NCBI GenBank assembly: GCA_022562515.1
Contig: JADFPB010000001.1
Location: forward strand, 1 to 38,748
DNA: 38,748 nucleotides
Origin: Chloroflexota bacterium
Lineage (GTDB): Bacteria > Chloroflexota > Dehalococcoidia > Lucifugimonadales > Lucifugimonadaceae
Direction of reading: 5' to 3'
Of the stretch, positions 1-8,631 are shown in pieces. Below the pieces are notes generated by a model. It did no database searches and was not told the origin of the DNA. It saw only the letters and a list, made by a program, of their open reading frames with translations. Each line of letters starts with the position of its first letter. Within the stretch, counting starts at the first letter, position 1. A program made the position numbers and the translations under genes.

Positions 1-2
1 CC

Positions 3-406
3 GGCGGACGGCTCATCGGCAAACCGACCAGATGCGCGGGAACGCCCCACCGGGCGTTTCAAGAAGATAGAGAGCTCTGGTACCCGTTACACATATTGGC
101 GCTCGAAACGTCCGCTTGAACCAGGGTAGAAACCCGAGTTCATCCTCGACGAAGTCGGGATCGGACCGGCCGGCGCAAACATAATGCCCGGACTACTCAT
201 CCGCCTCAGGCGGAAAACAGCCCGGATGCGGGGAGCTCAAAGCCCCGCAAACCAGATACGCGTGCTCCGCGACCTCCCATCGCAGAGTATCGACACAACA
301 TCGGGATAGTCACGGCAAAGGCAGCCGTCCAACAAGCCTCAATCCGCCTCAGGCGGACACGGTTTGCCGGTACATCGAGCGATGACGCCGTCCGCCTCGG
401 GCAGAC
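3..406. repeat. ORF-free block of REP-like palindromic hairpins closed by an interrupted inverted repeat
   Basis: Exact 16-mer ATCCGCCTCAGGCGGA (6-bp stem, 3-nt loop) at 199-214 and 342-357, with a degenerate copy GTCCGCCTCGGGCAGAC at 390-406. Positions 3-18 (GGCGGACGGCTCATCG) and 17-26 (CGGCAAACCG) recur reverse-complemented at 380-396 (one extra base) and 360-369. Stop codons in all six frames. Confidence 0.5.
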
Positions 407-523
407 CATCCCGCCCGCGGGCGGAGTAGCCGCGCCCGGAGTTTATCCTGCCGGCAGAGCGGGTTTATGAGATAGTCTCCCGGTAATTCAACCCGCCCGG
501 AAGATCACGATCAGGAGATCAAG

Positions 524-955
524 ATGAGTGAGACAGGCAAGATTGTTGATATCCGCCTCAACATCGCTAGCCGGGAGCCTATGAGCGTTGTGGACCGCGC
601 CGAGGTGAAGGCCGGGGAGGGGCTTGTTGGCGATCGCCATGCGAAGCGGAAAAGCAGCCGCCAGATCCTGCTCATGGACCGCGCCATCATGGATGCGCTC
701 GAAGTGGAGCCCGGGCAGCTTCGTGAGAACATGACGATCGAAGGCCTCTCGCTGTTCGGCCTGGAGAAGGGGCAGAAGCTGAGGGTGGGCGATAGCCTCG
801 AGTTCCAGATTGGCGAGCTGTGCGACCCCTGCGAGAACATGGACCACATTCGGCCCGGCCTGCGCGAGAAGATAGAGGGCCAGCGAGGGCTGTTCGTGAC
901 GCCTCTCGGCAGCGGCGAGGTGAAGCTGGGCGACGAAGTCACCGTCGTTTCGTAG
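524..955 (+). CDS. MOSC domain-containing protein
   Basis: ATG at 524 preceded by AGGAG at 513-517. 143 aa with a beta-barrel-type sequence including GLVGDRHA and the conserved-Cys segment ELCDPCENM, typical of MOSC proteins. Confidence 0.8.
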   Translation: MSETGKIVDIRLNIASREPMSVVDRAEVKAGEGLVGDRHAKRKSSRQILLMDRAIMDALEVEPGQLRENMTIEGLSLFGLEKGQKLRVGDSLEFQIGELCDPCENMDHIRPGLREKIEGQRGLFVTPLGSGEVKLGDEVTVVS

Positions 956-1122
956 CCGCTGCGTTGCAGCGTCGGACAGGCACGCCCCCGGCCGCATAAC
1001 GCTAACGGGAAGCTGCCCGTATGCTTCCGTGGCATCAGGAATACGGCGGCGTTCGGTTACTTACGGCGGTCGCGATTGACGCCGCCGCCTGAGCGGGGAC
1101 GCGCTCGCCGGGAATTAGCCCG

Positions 1123-2184
1123 TTACGCTCCCAGCAGCGCCTTCGTGGAGGCGATCACGTCGTCCTCGTTGGGCATGAACGCCAGCTCCAGCGGCTTGCT
1201 GTATGGCACCGGGGTGTGCGGGGCGGTGACTCGCTTGATTGGCCCATCCAGGCTGTCGAATGCCTTGTCTGCGATGACCGCCGAGACTTCTGAGGCCATG
1301 CTGGCGCGCGGCGAGTCCTCGTCCACGATGATCACGTTGTTGGTTTTGGCCACGGAGTTTAGAAAGATGTCTTCGTCCAGTGGGGAGAGGCTGAGCAGGT
1401 CCACCACCTCCGCGGAGATGCCTTCCTCGGCGAGCTTGTCGGCTGCGTTTTTGCACACCTCGCTGGTCCAGGACATGCCGACCAGCGTGACGTCCGAGCC
1501 TTCCCGGAGTAGCCGGCCTTTGCCAAGTTCTATGGTGTACGACTCGTCGGGCACGAAGCCGGTGAGGTTGATCAGGAGCTTGTGGTTGCAGACGATCACC
1601 GGGTCATCGTCCCGGATGGCCGCTGCAAGCAGCCCGCGCACGCTGTATGGGTCGGAAGGGGCGATCACTTTGAGGCCCGGCAGGTGGGCCAGGATGGAGT
1701 AGAAGTTGGACGAGTGCTGGGCCGCATGGCCGGTGCCGGCGCCCGAGCGGGCGAATATCGTCAGTGGAATCTTGGACTGGCCTCCGAACATGTATCGGCT
1801 CTTAGAGGCGTTTGAGAGAATCTGGTCGAACGCGACTCCAATAAAGTCGAAGTACATCAGGTCCACAACGGGCCTGGTGCCGGTTAAGGCCGCGCCGACC
1901 GCGGCGCCAAGGAACCCGGCCTCTGAGATGGGCGTGTCAACGATGCGCCTTGCACCGAAGTCCTGAATCAGGCCTTTTGTGGCGGCAAACGGTCCGCCCC
2001 ATGAGTCGATGATTCCCAGATGTTCCCGCCCCGGGCCTCCGGCGACGTCTTCACCCATGATGAACACGTCCGGGTCGCGCTCCAGCTCGTCGCGCAGCGT
2101 CCGCTGGAACGCGTCGCGGTACCGCTCTTCGCGGCCGGGCACGTCAATGCCGGGGCCCAACGGATTTTGCGCAATGGTTGTCAT
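1123..2184 (-). CDS. 2-oxoacid (pyruvate/acetoin-type) dehydrogenase E1 component, beta subunit
   Basis: 353 aa, ATG start. Transketolase-like pyrimidine-binding region (VFIMGEDV..., VDTPISEAGFLGAAVGAALTGTRPV) and C-terminal domain. Lies 40 nt downstream of the E1 alpha gene on the same strand. Confidence 0.9.
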   Translation of the reverse strand: MTTIAQNPLGPGIDVPGREERYRDAFQRTLRDELERDPDVFIMGEDVAGGPGREHLGIIDSWGGPFAATKGLIQDFGARRIVDTPISEAGFLGAAVGAALTGTRPVVDLMYFDFIGVAFDQILSNASKSRYMFGGQSKIPLTIFARSGAGTGHAAQHSSNFYSILAHLPGLKVIAPSDPYSVRGLLAAAIRDDDPVIVCNHKLLINLTGFVPDESYTIELGKGRLLREGSDVTLVGMSWTSEVCKNAADKLAEEGISAEVVDLLSLSPLDEDIFLNSVAKTNNVIIVDEDSPRASMASEVSAVIADKAFDSLDGPIKRVTAPHTPVPYSKPLELAFMPNEDDVIASTKALLGA

Positions 2185-2224
2185 ATCGATCTGGTTCTCC
2201 TGAAAATCACGACTCTCGGGGGGA

Positions 2225-3217
2225 TTAGCGAAGGCCTTTCAAGGATGTCGGGTAGCTTACGTACACGTCCGTGTACAGCTCTTCGATCGGCGGCAGCGGG
2301 CTGTTCAGGGCGAACTCTACCGCGGCCTCGATCTCCGCTTCTATGGTGTTGCGAATCGACTCCAGCTCCGAGGCATCCATCACGCCCTGCTCCATCAGTT
2401 TCTTCTCGAAGGCAGGAATCGGGTCCTTCGCCTTCCATTCGATCTCCTCTTCCTCAAGGCGGTAGGTGCGCGGGACATCGGCATGGTAGTGGCCGTGAAA
2501 GCGGTAGGTCTTCATCTCCAGCAGAGTGGGGCCTTCGCCGGCGCGGGCGCGGGCTATCGCCTCGCCGGCGGCCTCGTAGACGGCCGTCACATCCATGCCG
2601 TCGACTACCACTCCAGGCATTCCGTAGCTTGTCGCCCGGTCAGCGATGTCCGTGATCGGGACTGCGTACTCGACGGGCGTTGACTGGGCGTACTGGTTGT
2701 TTTCGCAGGCAAATATGACCGGAAGCTTGAAGACGGCTGCGAGGTTCAGGCTTTCGTGGAAGACGCCCTGGTTGGAAGCGCCATCGCCGAAGAATGCGAC
2801 GGCGACGCCGCCTGTCTCCTTGTATTTGGCGCTGAACGCGGCGCCGACGGCAAGCGGAATCCCGGCGCCGACGATGGCGTTTGCGCCGAGCATCCCCTTG
2901 GAGAAATCAGCGATGTGCATCGAGCCGCCTTTACCCTTGCACAGCCCATCGACTTTTCCGAATATCTCGGCCATCATCCGGTTGGTTTCGAGTCCCTTGG
3001 CGATGCAGTGGCCGTGGCCGCGATGGGTAGAGGCGATCCAGTCGTTATCGGTCAGGTGAGCGCAGATTCCGGTGGGGCCTGCTTCTTCACCGTCCGAGGT
3101 ATGGGCGACGCCCATCGCGTTCCCCTTCTGGGTCTCTTCGAGCAGCCGCTCTTCAAAACGCCGGATGCGGTACATCGTCTCGTACATCCAGCTCAGCTTT
3201 TCCTGGGGAATCGCCAT
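2225..3217 (-). CDS. 2-oxoacid dehydrogenase E1 component, alpha subunit (TPP-dependent)
   Basis: 330 aa. TPP-binding motif GDGASNQGVFHESLNLAAVFKLPVIFACENN. AAGAGG Shine-Dalgarno 9 nt upstream of the ATG. Confidence 0.9.
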   Translation of the reverse strand: MAIPQEKLSWMYETMYRIRRFEERLLEETQKGNAMGVAHTSDGEEAGPTGICAHLTDNDWIASTHRGHGHCIAKGLETNRMMAEIFGKVDGLCKGKGGSMHIADFSKGMLGANAIVGAGIPLAVGAAFSAKYKETGGVAVAFFGDGASNQGVFHESLNLAAVFKLPVIFACENNQYAQSTPVEYAVPITDIADRATSYGMPGVVVDGMDVTAVYEAAGEAIARARAGEGPTLLEMKTYRFHGHYHADVPRTYRLEEEEIEWKAKDPIPAFEKKLMEQGVMDASELESIRNTIEAEIEAAVEFALNSPLPPIEELYTDVYVSYPTSLKGLR

Positions 3218-3377
3218 TAACCAAAACCTCTTGTTGACGCGTTGAGAAAATTTCAGACCGGTCCCGGCCGGAGCCCAAATTCGGCGCTTGTGAGCGGCGT
3301 TTCGGTGTGTGACCGGGGTGTCTTCGGTAGCCGTCGCATCGTACCATCGGGTCTACCTCTTATAAAGGAGATGCCAG

Positions 3378-3764
3378 TTGGGTCAGATCTGGGTTGATGT
3401 GGAGGAGAACCCGAACTCTGAGTACCTGCCGATGCGGGTCTTCGAGACGCAGGGCGCCGAGATAGTCGCGCGGGCTATTCGCGTTTCGGAGGTCTCGGGC
3501 GGCGAAGGCCCTCATGAGATCGTGGGATGGTCGAGCGAGGGCGGGGGAACGCCCGCCAATATCACCTATGCTCCGGTAACGGATTCCGGGGCCGCCGTTT
3601 CGATCCTTGTCGTTGGCGGCGATTTCGGCGTCAGGATGCGCCCGGCGGGTGATGCGGAAAACGCGGATGAATGGTCGTTGGAAAGCGATGACCAGCGGGG
3701 CGAGCCGTATCTGCTGTTGCCACCGGACGTGGAGATCGTCGAGGTCGACACCCCGAGCCGCTAA
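3378..3764 (+). CDS. hypothetical acidic soluble protein
   Basis: TTG start 7 nt after AAGGAG (3365-3370). 128 aa, strong G/C third-position bias, no TM segment, no motif I recognise. Confidence 0.55.
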   Translation: MGQIWVDVEENPNSEYLPMRVFETQGAEIVARAIRVSEVSGGEGPHEIVGWSSEGGGTPANITYAPVTDSGAAVSILVVGGDFGVRMRPAGDAENADEWSLESDDQRGEPYLLLPPDVEIVEVDTPSR

Positions 3765-3837
3765 GCAGCGAGCCGTTAAGACGGCTTGCGTTCCTTGCCG
3801 AAGATATCGGCCGCGGGCATCCGCGCCGCAAACGGGC

Positions 3838-4068
3838 TCAGGCCTTTGGCGGGTTCTTGGGCTGGAATATTGAGCCTTCGCCCGGGAGGTTGTCCCCCAC
3901 CACGCGTTTTATCTTTCGCCCGGAGGAGAACCTCGGAATGCCCCGCTGGAGGGCGAGCACTGCCACCGCGCCTACCGCTCCGAACGACGCCAGTGTCACG
4001 AACTTCTTTCGGCTTATCCCGCCTTTGCCGGCATTGCCAGCGTTTTCAACCGACTCGCTATCAGCCAC
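3838..4068 (-). CDS. putative small single-TM protein resembling a Rieske/QcrA-type N-terminal anchor but lacking any Fe-S domain
   Basis: GTG at 4066-4068 with GGAGG 4 nt upstream (minus strand). Encodes ...GGISRKKFVTLASFGAVGAVAVLALQRGIPRF.... The longer ORF-track version (to 4251) adds an Arg-rich, non-protein-like N-terminus. Confidence 0.3.
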   Translation of the reverse strand: MADSESVENAGNAGKGGISRKKFVTLASFGAVGAVAVLALQRGIPRFSSGRKIKRVVGDNLPGEGSIFQPKNPPKA

Positions 4069-4261
4069 AGGGCCTCCACCAACTACTTGATTCTGGTAAT
4101 TCCGTGCCCGTAGATCACGCCCCCGGGTTACCTCTGGGGAATCGGACCAGATGATGATACCCCGGCGCCGGGCCGGTGGGTAGCCTGCCGGGCGCGTGAT
4201 CCCCGCCACGATCGGCTGGATCCGGCCTCTGGATGCAGCTGATATTTCCACTGAATCGTCC

Positions 4262-4290
4262 TTGACACTGCAAATGGCAAATGATAGTTT
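4262..4290 (+). promoter_or_regulatory. candidate sigma70-type promoter for the respiratory operon
   Basis: TTGACA (4262-4267), 17-nt spacer, TAGTTT (4285-4290). Lies about 90 nt upstream of the first gene of the same-strand block. Confidence 0.35.
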
Positions 4291-4379
4291 TCACAAAGGT
4301 TGCGATGGGGGCGCAAGGCCCCTGTTCTGTGCCTGAATTTACGGCTTAAGTTCGACCTTTACGGGGGCCCAAATAGCGG

Positions 4380-4670
4380 ATGGAACTCATCCCACTGACC
4401 GCTGACCAGTGGGGAGACGGGGGTAACGCCCTCAAGCTTCTCTGGCTATCTCTCCCCTTTGTTCTAATCGCCAGCGGGTCATTCATTACCGCTCACGCGA
4501 TCATTCCGTCAGCGATAGCGACGGGCACCCTTCCACAGCGGCTCTCCAAGCTGCGCCCGGTCTTTTACGCGCTTGGGTTCCTCGCAGTTGCCGCGGTTGC
4601 AATAAACGTCGTGCTCATCATCGATTTCCTCGATTACATCGAAGTCGTATTTGGGCGCCGGTATCGGTAG
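4380..4670 (+). CDS. small two-TM membrane protein, first gene of the ACIII block
   Basis: 96 aa, ATG start. Two hydrophobic helices (LLWLSLPFVLIASGSFITAHAII; VFYALGFLAVAAVAINVVLII). Ends 51 nt upstream of actA. Confidence 0.55.
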   Translation: MELIPLTADQWGDGGNALKLLWLSLPFVLIASGSFITAHAIIPSAIATGTLPQRLSKLRPVFYALGFLAVAAVAINVVLIIDFLDYIEVVFGRRYR

Positions 4671-4721
4671 GAGTTTTGGCCGGCCAGGCATCGGTGGTCG
4701 GGCGCTGAAAACAAAAGACGA

Positions 4722-5459
4722 TTGAGCACATCTCAGACTGACCCGCCTGACACAGGCAAAAGCGGCATCCCAACCTGGGTAAAGGTATTAGTCCCGGTCA
4801 TCGCGACCGGAGGACTGGCCGTCACGGGCGTCATGGTGGCCATTACCGTCTTCGTCATCACGGCGTGGCTCGATCTTCCGCTTCCGGTATTCGGATTCGA
4901 CGAGCCGCCTGAGCAGCCCATCGCGTTTCCCCATACGGTCCATGCCGGCACGGATATTCTTCTCGACATCAATGGCGCGGCGCGGGTAGGCGCGAATGGC
5001 GAGGAACTGCACGGACTCGGCCTTGACTGCACCTTCTGCCACAGGACTGTTACCACGTCGGCTCAGGCCGGAATTCCGGCGGTGCAGCTGTGCTCCTTCT
5101 GCCACCGGGTCGTGGGCTCAGAGAGCAACGTCCAGTTTGAGCAGCTGCGCGGGGCCGGGCTTGAGCCGTTCGTGGGGGCAATTAACTGGCAGCGGGTGCA
5201 TCGGCTCCCGGACTCTGTCAGGTTCGTTCATGACCCCCATATTCGATTTTTGACCGACAACCCCGGCGTGATCGGAAACGCGGACTCGTCCATAACCGGG
5301 CTAGCCTCCGCTCAGCCGGCGCAGGTCTGTTCAACCTGCCATGGGAGCGTCGCGACCATGGAAAAGGTAAAGCAGGTGGAGCCCCTGAAGATGGGCCAGT
5401 GCGTCAACTGCCACCGAGACAACAACGCACCTGTCGACTGCTCCACGTGTCACTTCTAG
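4722..5459 (+). CDS. actA: Alternative Complex III pentahaem cytochrome c subunit ActA
   Basis: TTG start, N-terminal TM anchor, and five CXXCH motifs (CTFCH, CSFCH, CSTCH, CVNCH, CSTCH). Confidence 0.85.
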   Translation: MSTSQTDPPDTGKSGIPTWVKVLVPVIATGGLAVTGVMVAITVFVITAWLDLPLPVFGFDEPPEQPIAFPHTVHAGTDILLDINGAARVGANGEELHGLGLDCTFCHRTVTTSAQAGIPAVQLCSFCHRVVGSESNVQFEQLRGAGLEPFVGAINWQRVHRLPDSVRFVHDPHIRFLTDNPGVIGNADSSITGLASAQPAQVCSTCHGSVATMEKVKQVEPLKMGQCVNCHRDNNAPVDCSTCHF

Positions 5460-5552
5460 CCATGCGCCGCTTCACAGAAGGACTCTTCACAGCCCCCGAT
5501 GACCACCAAAACTACTCCCCGGCAACTAGCGGATAACCAGACAACCCACTGA

Positions 5553-7877
5553 ATGGCAGACAAAGTATCCAGAAGAAACTTCCTCTCCCTGGTCGGAGCG
5601 TCGACCACGGGAGCGGTGCTGTTCGTCGCGTGCAGTGGCATTCCCGATGAAGAGTTCATCGTCCAGGCCCCTGTCGACCTGCCGGAAGATCTGGTCAAGG
5701 GACGCGATAACTGGTTCGCCACAACCTGTGGCATTTGCGACGGCGGGGAAGGACTCATTGTCCGGGTCATGGAAGGCCGGGCAAAGAAGATCGCCGGAAA
5801 CCCTGACTTTCCGGTAAACATGGGCAAGCAGAGCGTGCGGTGCGACTCGGCGCTGCAGATGCTCTACCACCCTGACCGAATCGCGCAGCCGTTGGCCCGC
5901 CACTCCAAGGGGTCCGACCTCAGCCCCATCAGCTGGGACGAAGCCAGCGCATTGCTCAAGGGGTGGGTTGGCGGCGGTTCCGTCACGGTTGCCACGAATC
6001 CGCTCCGGGGGCACCTGGGCAAAGTAGCCGCCGATTTCGCCGCCAAATTCGGCGGACAGCATATCCAGTTCGACTCGTTGGAGCAGGGTGTGCTTCACGG
6101 CGCCATGAAGAGCGTGTTTGGCACGGACCGGCTGCCGGAATTCGATATCGCCAATACCCAGACACTGGTCAGCTTCGGAGCCGATTTCCTTGGCACGTGG
6201 ATCTCCCCCACCAACTTCTCCGTGAAGTACGGCGAGTTCCGGCAGGGCGAAAACAGATCGAACCGCGGCAAGCTTTACCAGATCGAATCGCGCATGTCGA
6301 TCACCGCTGCGGCGGCTGATCACTGGATTCCCATCCGCCCCGGAATGGAAGGCGAGATGGCGATGGCCATCGCCAACGTGATTGTTGGTGACAACCTCGT
6401 TTCAGACGGCAACATTGCCCGCTACACCGCCAACCTGCCGGATGGCGCGCTGGAGGTGTTCGATCTGGCCACGGTATCCGGCAGGACCGGCGTGCCCGAA
6501 GACACGATCCATGACCTTGCGCAGGATCTTGCCGAGAATGGTCCCGGGCTCGTGATCGGCGGCGGCTCGGCCGGGGCGCACACCAACGGCAGTTTCAACC
6601 TGGCCGCCATATATTCCTTGAACATCCTTATAGGCTCCGTCGGGGCGGAGGGCGGCATCTTCCTTAATCCGGAGTCGCCGTGGGATGGCGTTCCATCGTC
6701 AGCGACCGGAGCCTCGTTCGAGGAGTGGGAGCGGGAGCTGTCCCAGTGGCGCGCAGGCAACGTGAACACCGTCATTCTGCGGCGGGCCGACATCATCCGC
6801 GGGCTGCCGCGGTCGGTGAACGTTCAGCAGGCGCTGGATAATGTTGAGCATGTAGTGGCGTTCACCGATATTCTCGACGACACCTCGGCTCTGGCCGACC
6901 TGGTGTTGCCCGAGGCGTCATTCCTGGAGTCGTGGGGCACAGAAATTCCGGAGCCTGCGCCGGGTTATCAGACGGTGGGAATCCAGCAGCCTGTTGTTAC
7001 CCCGGCAAGGACACGCGACGGCTCGCGGGCGCTTTCAGACGCGCGCGGGTTCGGCGATGTGCTGCTTGATGTCGCCGATGGCGATCTTGGCGCTTCGTCA
7101 ATGAAGAATCTGGTGGAGAAAGCTACAACCGCGCTGTTTGATCTTGACCGAAGCGCGTCGTCGATTACTGCGCCCACTTCCGGCCTGTTCATGCGCGGCT
7201 CGCTTCAGCGCGGCGGCTGGTGGGACCGCGAGGGGAAAGTCGCCAGCCGGCCTCAGGACGCGCCTCCGCTGACGAACACCCACGCGACTCCTGAGTTCGC
7301 AGAGGCGGCGGCCGGTGAGGGCGAGGTCTTCTACCTGCAGCCGTTTTCTTCGATTGCGCTGCTCGACGGCCGGTTCGCGTCAGCGCCATGGGCGCAGTCA
7401 ACTCCCGACCCGATCACGTCTGCCGCGTGGACGACCTGGGCGGAGATCAACATCTCTACAGCGAAACGGCTCAAAATCTCGCGGGGCGACAAGCTGATCA
7501 TCAAGTCGACCACGGGCGAGATCGAAGTGCTGGCATACCCGCACTTTGCGGTTCCGCCGGATGTCATCGGCATACCTATCGGCCAGGGCCACGAGAATTC
7601 AGGCCGATGGGCAGAAGGGCGTGGCGCCAACGTATTGTCAATTCTGGTGGACAAGAAGGATGCGGTGACCGGCGCGCTGGCCTGGGCCGCGACGAAGGTG
7701 CGTGTAATCCGAACCGGCCTGAACCATGAGATCGCCAGGGCCGAAGGCACGGTCGACGCGTTCCAGGTGGAGCCGCAGTTCCCGATTGTGGTCGTCAGGC
7801 CCGGCGAGTCGGCGGAAGATGCTATCCACGACGCGGAAGCGCGCCACGACCCGTACAGGGATCCCGATGACGAATAG
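5553..7877 (+). CDS. actB: ACIII ActB1-type subunit (molybdopterin-oxidoreductase fold, probably cofactor-less)
   Basis: 774 aa. Twin-arginine signal SRRNFLSLVG followed by the lipobox-like LFVAC. The N-terminal Fe-S motif is degenerate: CGICDGGE, i.e. C-x2-C-x3-E where C-x2-C-x3-C is expected. Confidence 0.85.
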   Translation: MADKVSRRNFLSLVGASTTGAVLFVACSGIPDEEFIVQAPVDLPEDLVKGRDNWFATTCGICDGGEGLIVRVMEGRAKKIAGNPDFPVNMGKQSVRCDSALQMLYHPDRIAQPLARHSKGSDLSPISWDEASALLKGWVGGGSVTVATNPLRGHLGKVAADFAAKFGGQHIQFDSLEQGVLHGAMKSVFGTDRLPEFDIANTQTLVSFGADFLGTWISPTNFSVKYGEFRQGENRSNRGKLYQIESRMSITAAAADHWIPIRPGMEGEMAMAIANVIVGDNLVSDGNIARYTANLPDGALEVFDLATVSGRTGVPEDTIHDLAQDLAENGPGLVIGGGSAGAHTNGSFNLAAIYSLNILIGSVGAEGGIFLNPESPWDGVPSSATGASFEEWERELSQWRAGNVNTVILRRADIIRGLPRSVNVQQALDNVEHVVAFTDILDDTSALADLVLPEASFLESWGTEIPEPAPGYQTVGIQQPVVTPARTRDGSRALSDARGFGDVLLDVADGDLGASSMKNLVEKATTALFDLDRSASSITAPTSGLFMRGSLQRGGWWDREGKVASRPQDAPPLTNTHATPEFAEAAAGEGEVFYLQPFSSIALLDGRFASAPWAQSTPDPITSAAWTTWAEINISTAKRLKISRGDKLIIKSTTGEIEVLAYPHFAVPPDVIGIPIGQGHENSGRWAEGRGANVLSILVDKKDAVTGALAWAATKVRVIRTGLNHEIARAEGTVDAFQVEPQFPIVVVRPGESAEDAIHDAEARHDPYRDPDDE

Positions 7878-7899
7878 GCGGGGAGAGGAAGCCAACTAG

Positions 7900-8631
7900 A
7901 TGGTGACGCAGCAGGACAGTCCGTACGACTGGGGCATGGTGGTCGATGTAGACCGCTGCACCGGCTGCCAGGCGTGTGTTATCGCCTGCCAGGCGGAGAA
8001 CAACGTTCCTTTGAACACTGAGAATCTGTACAAGGAGCAGCGCACCTACTCCTGGATTCGCGTGGAGCGGTACTGGGAGGGCGAGTTCCCGAACGTCAAA
8101 GCCCGGTTCATCCCGATCATGTGCCAGCATTGCGGAAACGCGCCCTGCGAGCCGGTTTGCCCGGTATTCGCGACGTATCACAACACCGAGGGCCTGAACG
8201 TCCAGGTCTACAACCGCTGCGTCGGCACCAGGTATTGCGCAATCGGCTGCCCGTACAACGTACGATTCTTCAACTACTGGGAGCCGGTCTGGCCGGAGGC
8301 CCTGCGGAACCAGCTCAATCCGGATGTCACGATTCGCTCACGCGGCATTATGGAGAAGTGCAGCTTCTGCATTCAGCGAATCAGGCGCGCAGAGCGGCTG
8401 GGACGCCGTGAGAACAGGCTCGTCGCAGATGGCGAGATCCAGACCGCTTGTTCGCAGGCATGCCCCACGAACGCGCTTACATTCGGCAATTTGAAGGACC
8501 CGGACAGTAAGGTGTCGCGGCTGTCGAAAGACCGCCGCCACTACAAGTTGCTGGACGAAAAGATCGGCACTGACCCGAACGTGATCTACCTCGCCCGGGT
8601 CGAAGAGAAGGCGGAAGCGGTCCATGGCTAG
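7900..8631 (+). CDS. actB: ACIII ActB2-type iron-sulfur subunit (4-cluster ferredoxin)
   Basis: 243 aa. Cluster motifs CTGCQACVIAC, CQHCGNAPCEPVCP and CSFC...CSQACP, plus CVGTRYCAIGCP, where the second Cys is replaced by Thr (3Fe-4S-type signature). Confidence 0.9.
   Translation: MVTQQDSPYDWGMVVDVDRCTGCQACVIACQAENNVPLNTENLYKEQRTYSWIRVERYWEGEFPNVKARFIPIMCQHCGNAPCEPVCPVFATYHNTEGLNVQVYNRCVGTRYCAIGCPYNVRFFNYWEPVWPEALRNQLNPDVTIRSRGIMEKCSFCIQRIRRAERLGRRENRLVADGEIQTACSQACPTNALTFGNLKDPDSKVSRLSKDRRHYKLLDEKIGTDPNVIYLARVEEKAEAVHG

Noticed and set aside
206-409. 67-aa ORF on the minus strand inside the hairpin block.
   Set aside because: It is Arg/Ala/Cys-rich with low complexity, has no SD, and is largely made by translating across the palindromic repeats.
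1-480. Possible RNase P RNA or tmRNA gene in the ORF-free block. The minus strand contains AGTCCGGGC (plus-strand 186-194), resembling the P4 segment GGAAAGUCCGGGC.
   Set aside because: The flanking bases do not give GAGGAAAGUCC. No complementary ACAGAA-CCCGGCUUA-type P4 3' strand is present, nor the other conserved RNase P regions. There is also no tRNA-like acceptor/T-arm or CCA-proximal end for tmRNA. A 9-mer match is expected by chance in GC-rich DNA.
5526-6323. Long antisense or alternate-frame ORFs overlapping confidently identified genes. Examples: 5526-6323(-), 1076-1702(+), 10121-10903(+), 20540-21433(-), 25345-26043(-), 27026-27577(-), 35105-36013(+).
   Set aside because: All lie opposite to, or out of frame with, strongly motif-supported genes. 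They have the Arg/Pro/Gly/Ser-rich composition typical of non-coding frames in high-GC DNA.
5553-7877. Reading the large Tat-dependent subunit and its neighbours as a true molybdoenzyme system (polysulfide/thiosulfate/nitrite reductase-like Psr/Nrf, or formate dehydrogenase).
   Set aside because: The first Fe-S motif is incomplete (C-x2-C-x3-E). The cluster also has a pentahaem subunit, a DUF3341-type subunit, two NrfD paralogues and a monohaem lipoprotein. That combination is the ACIII composition.
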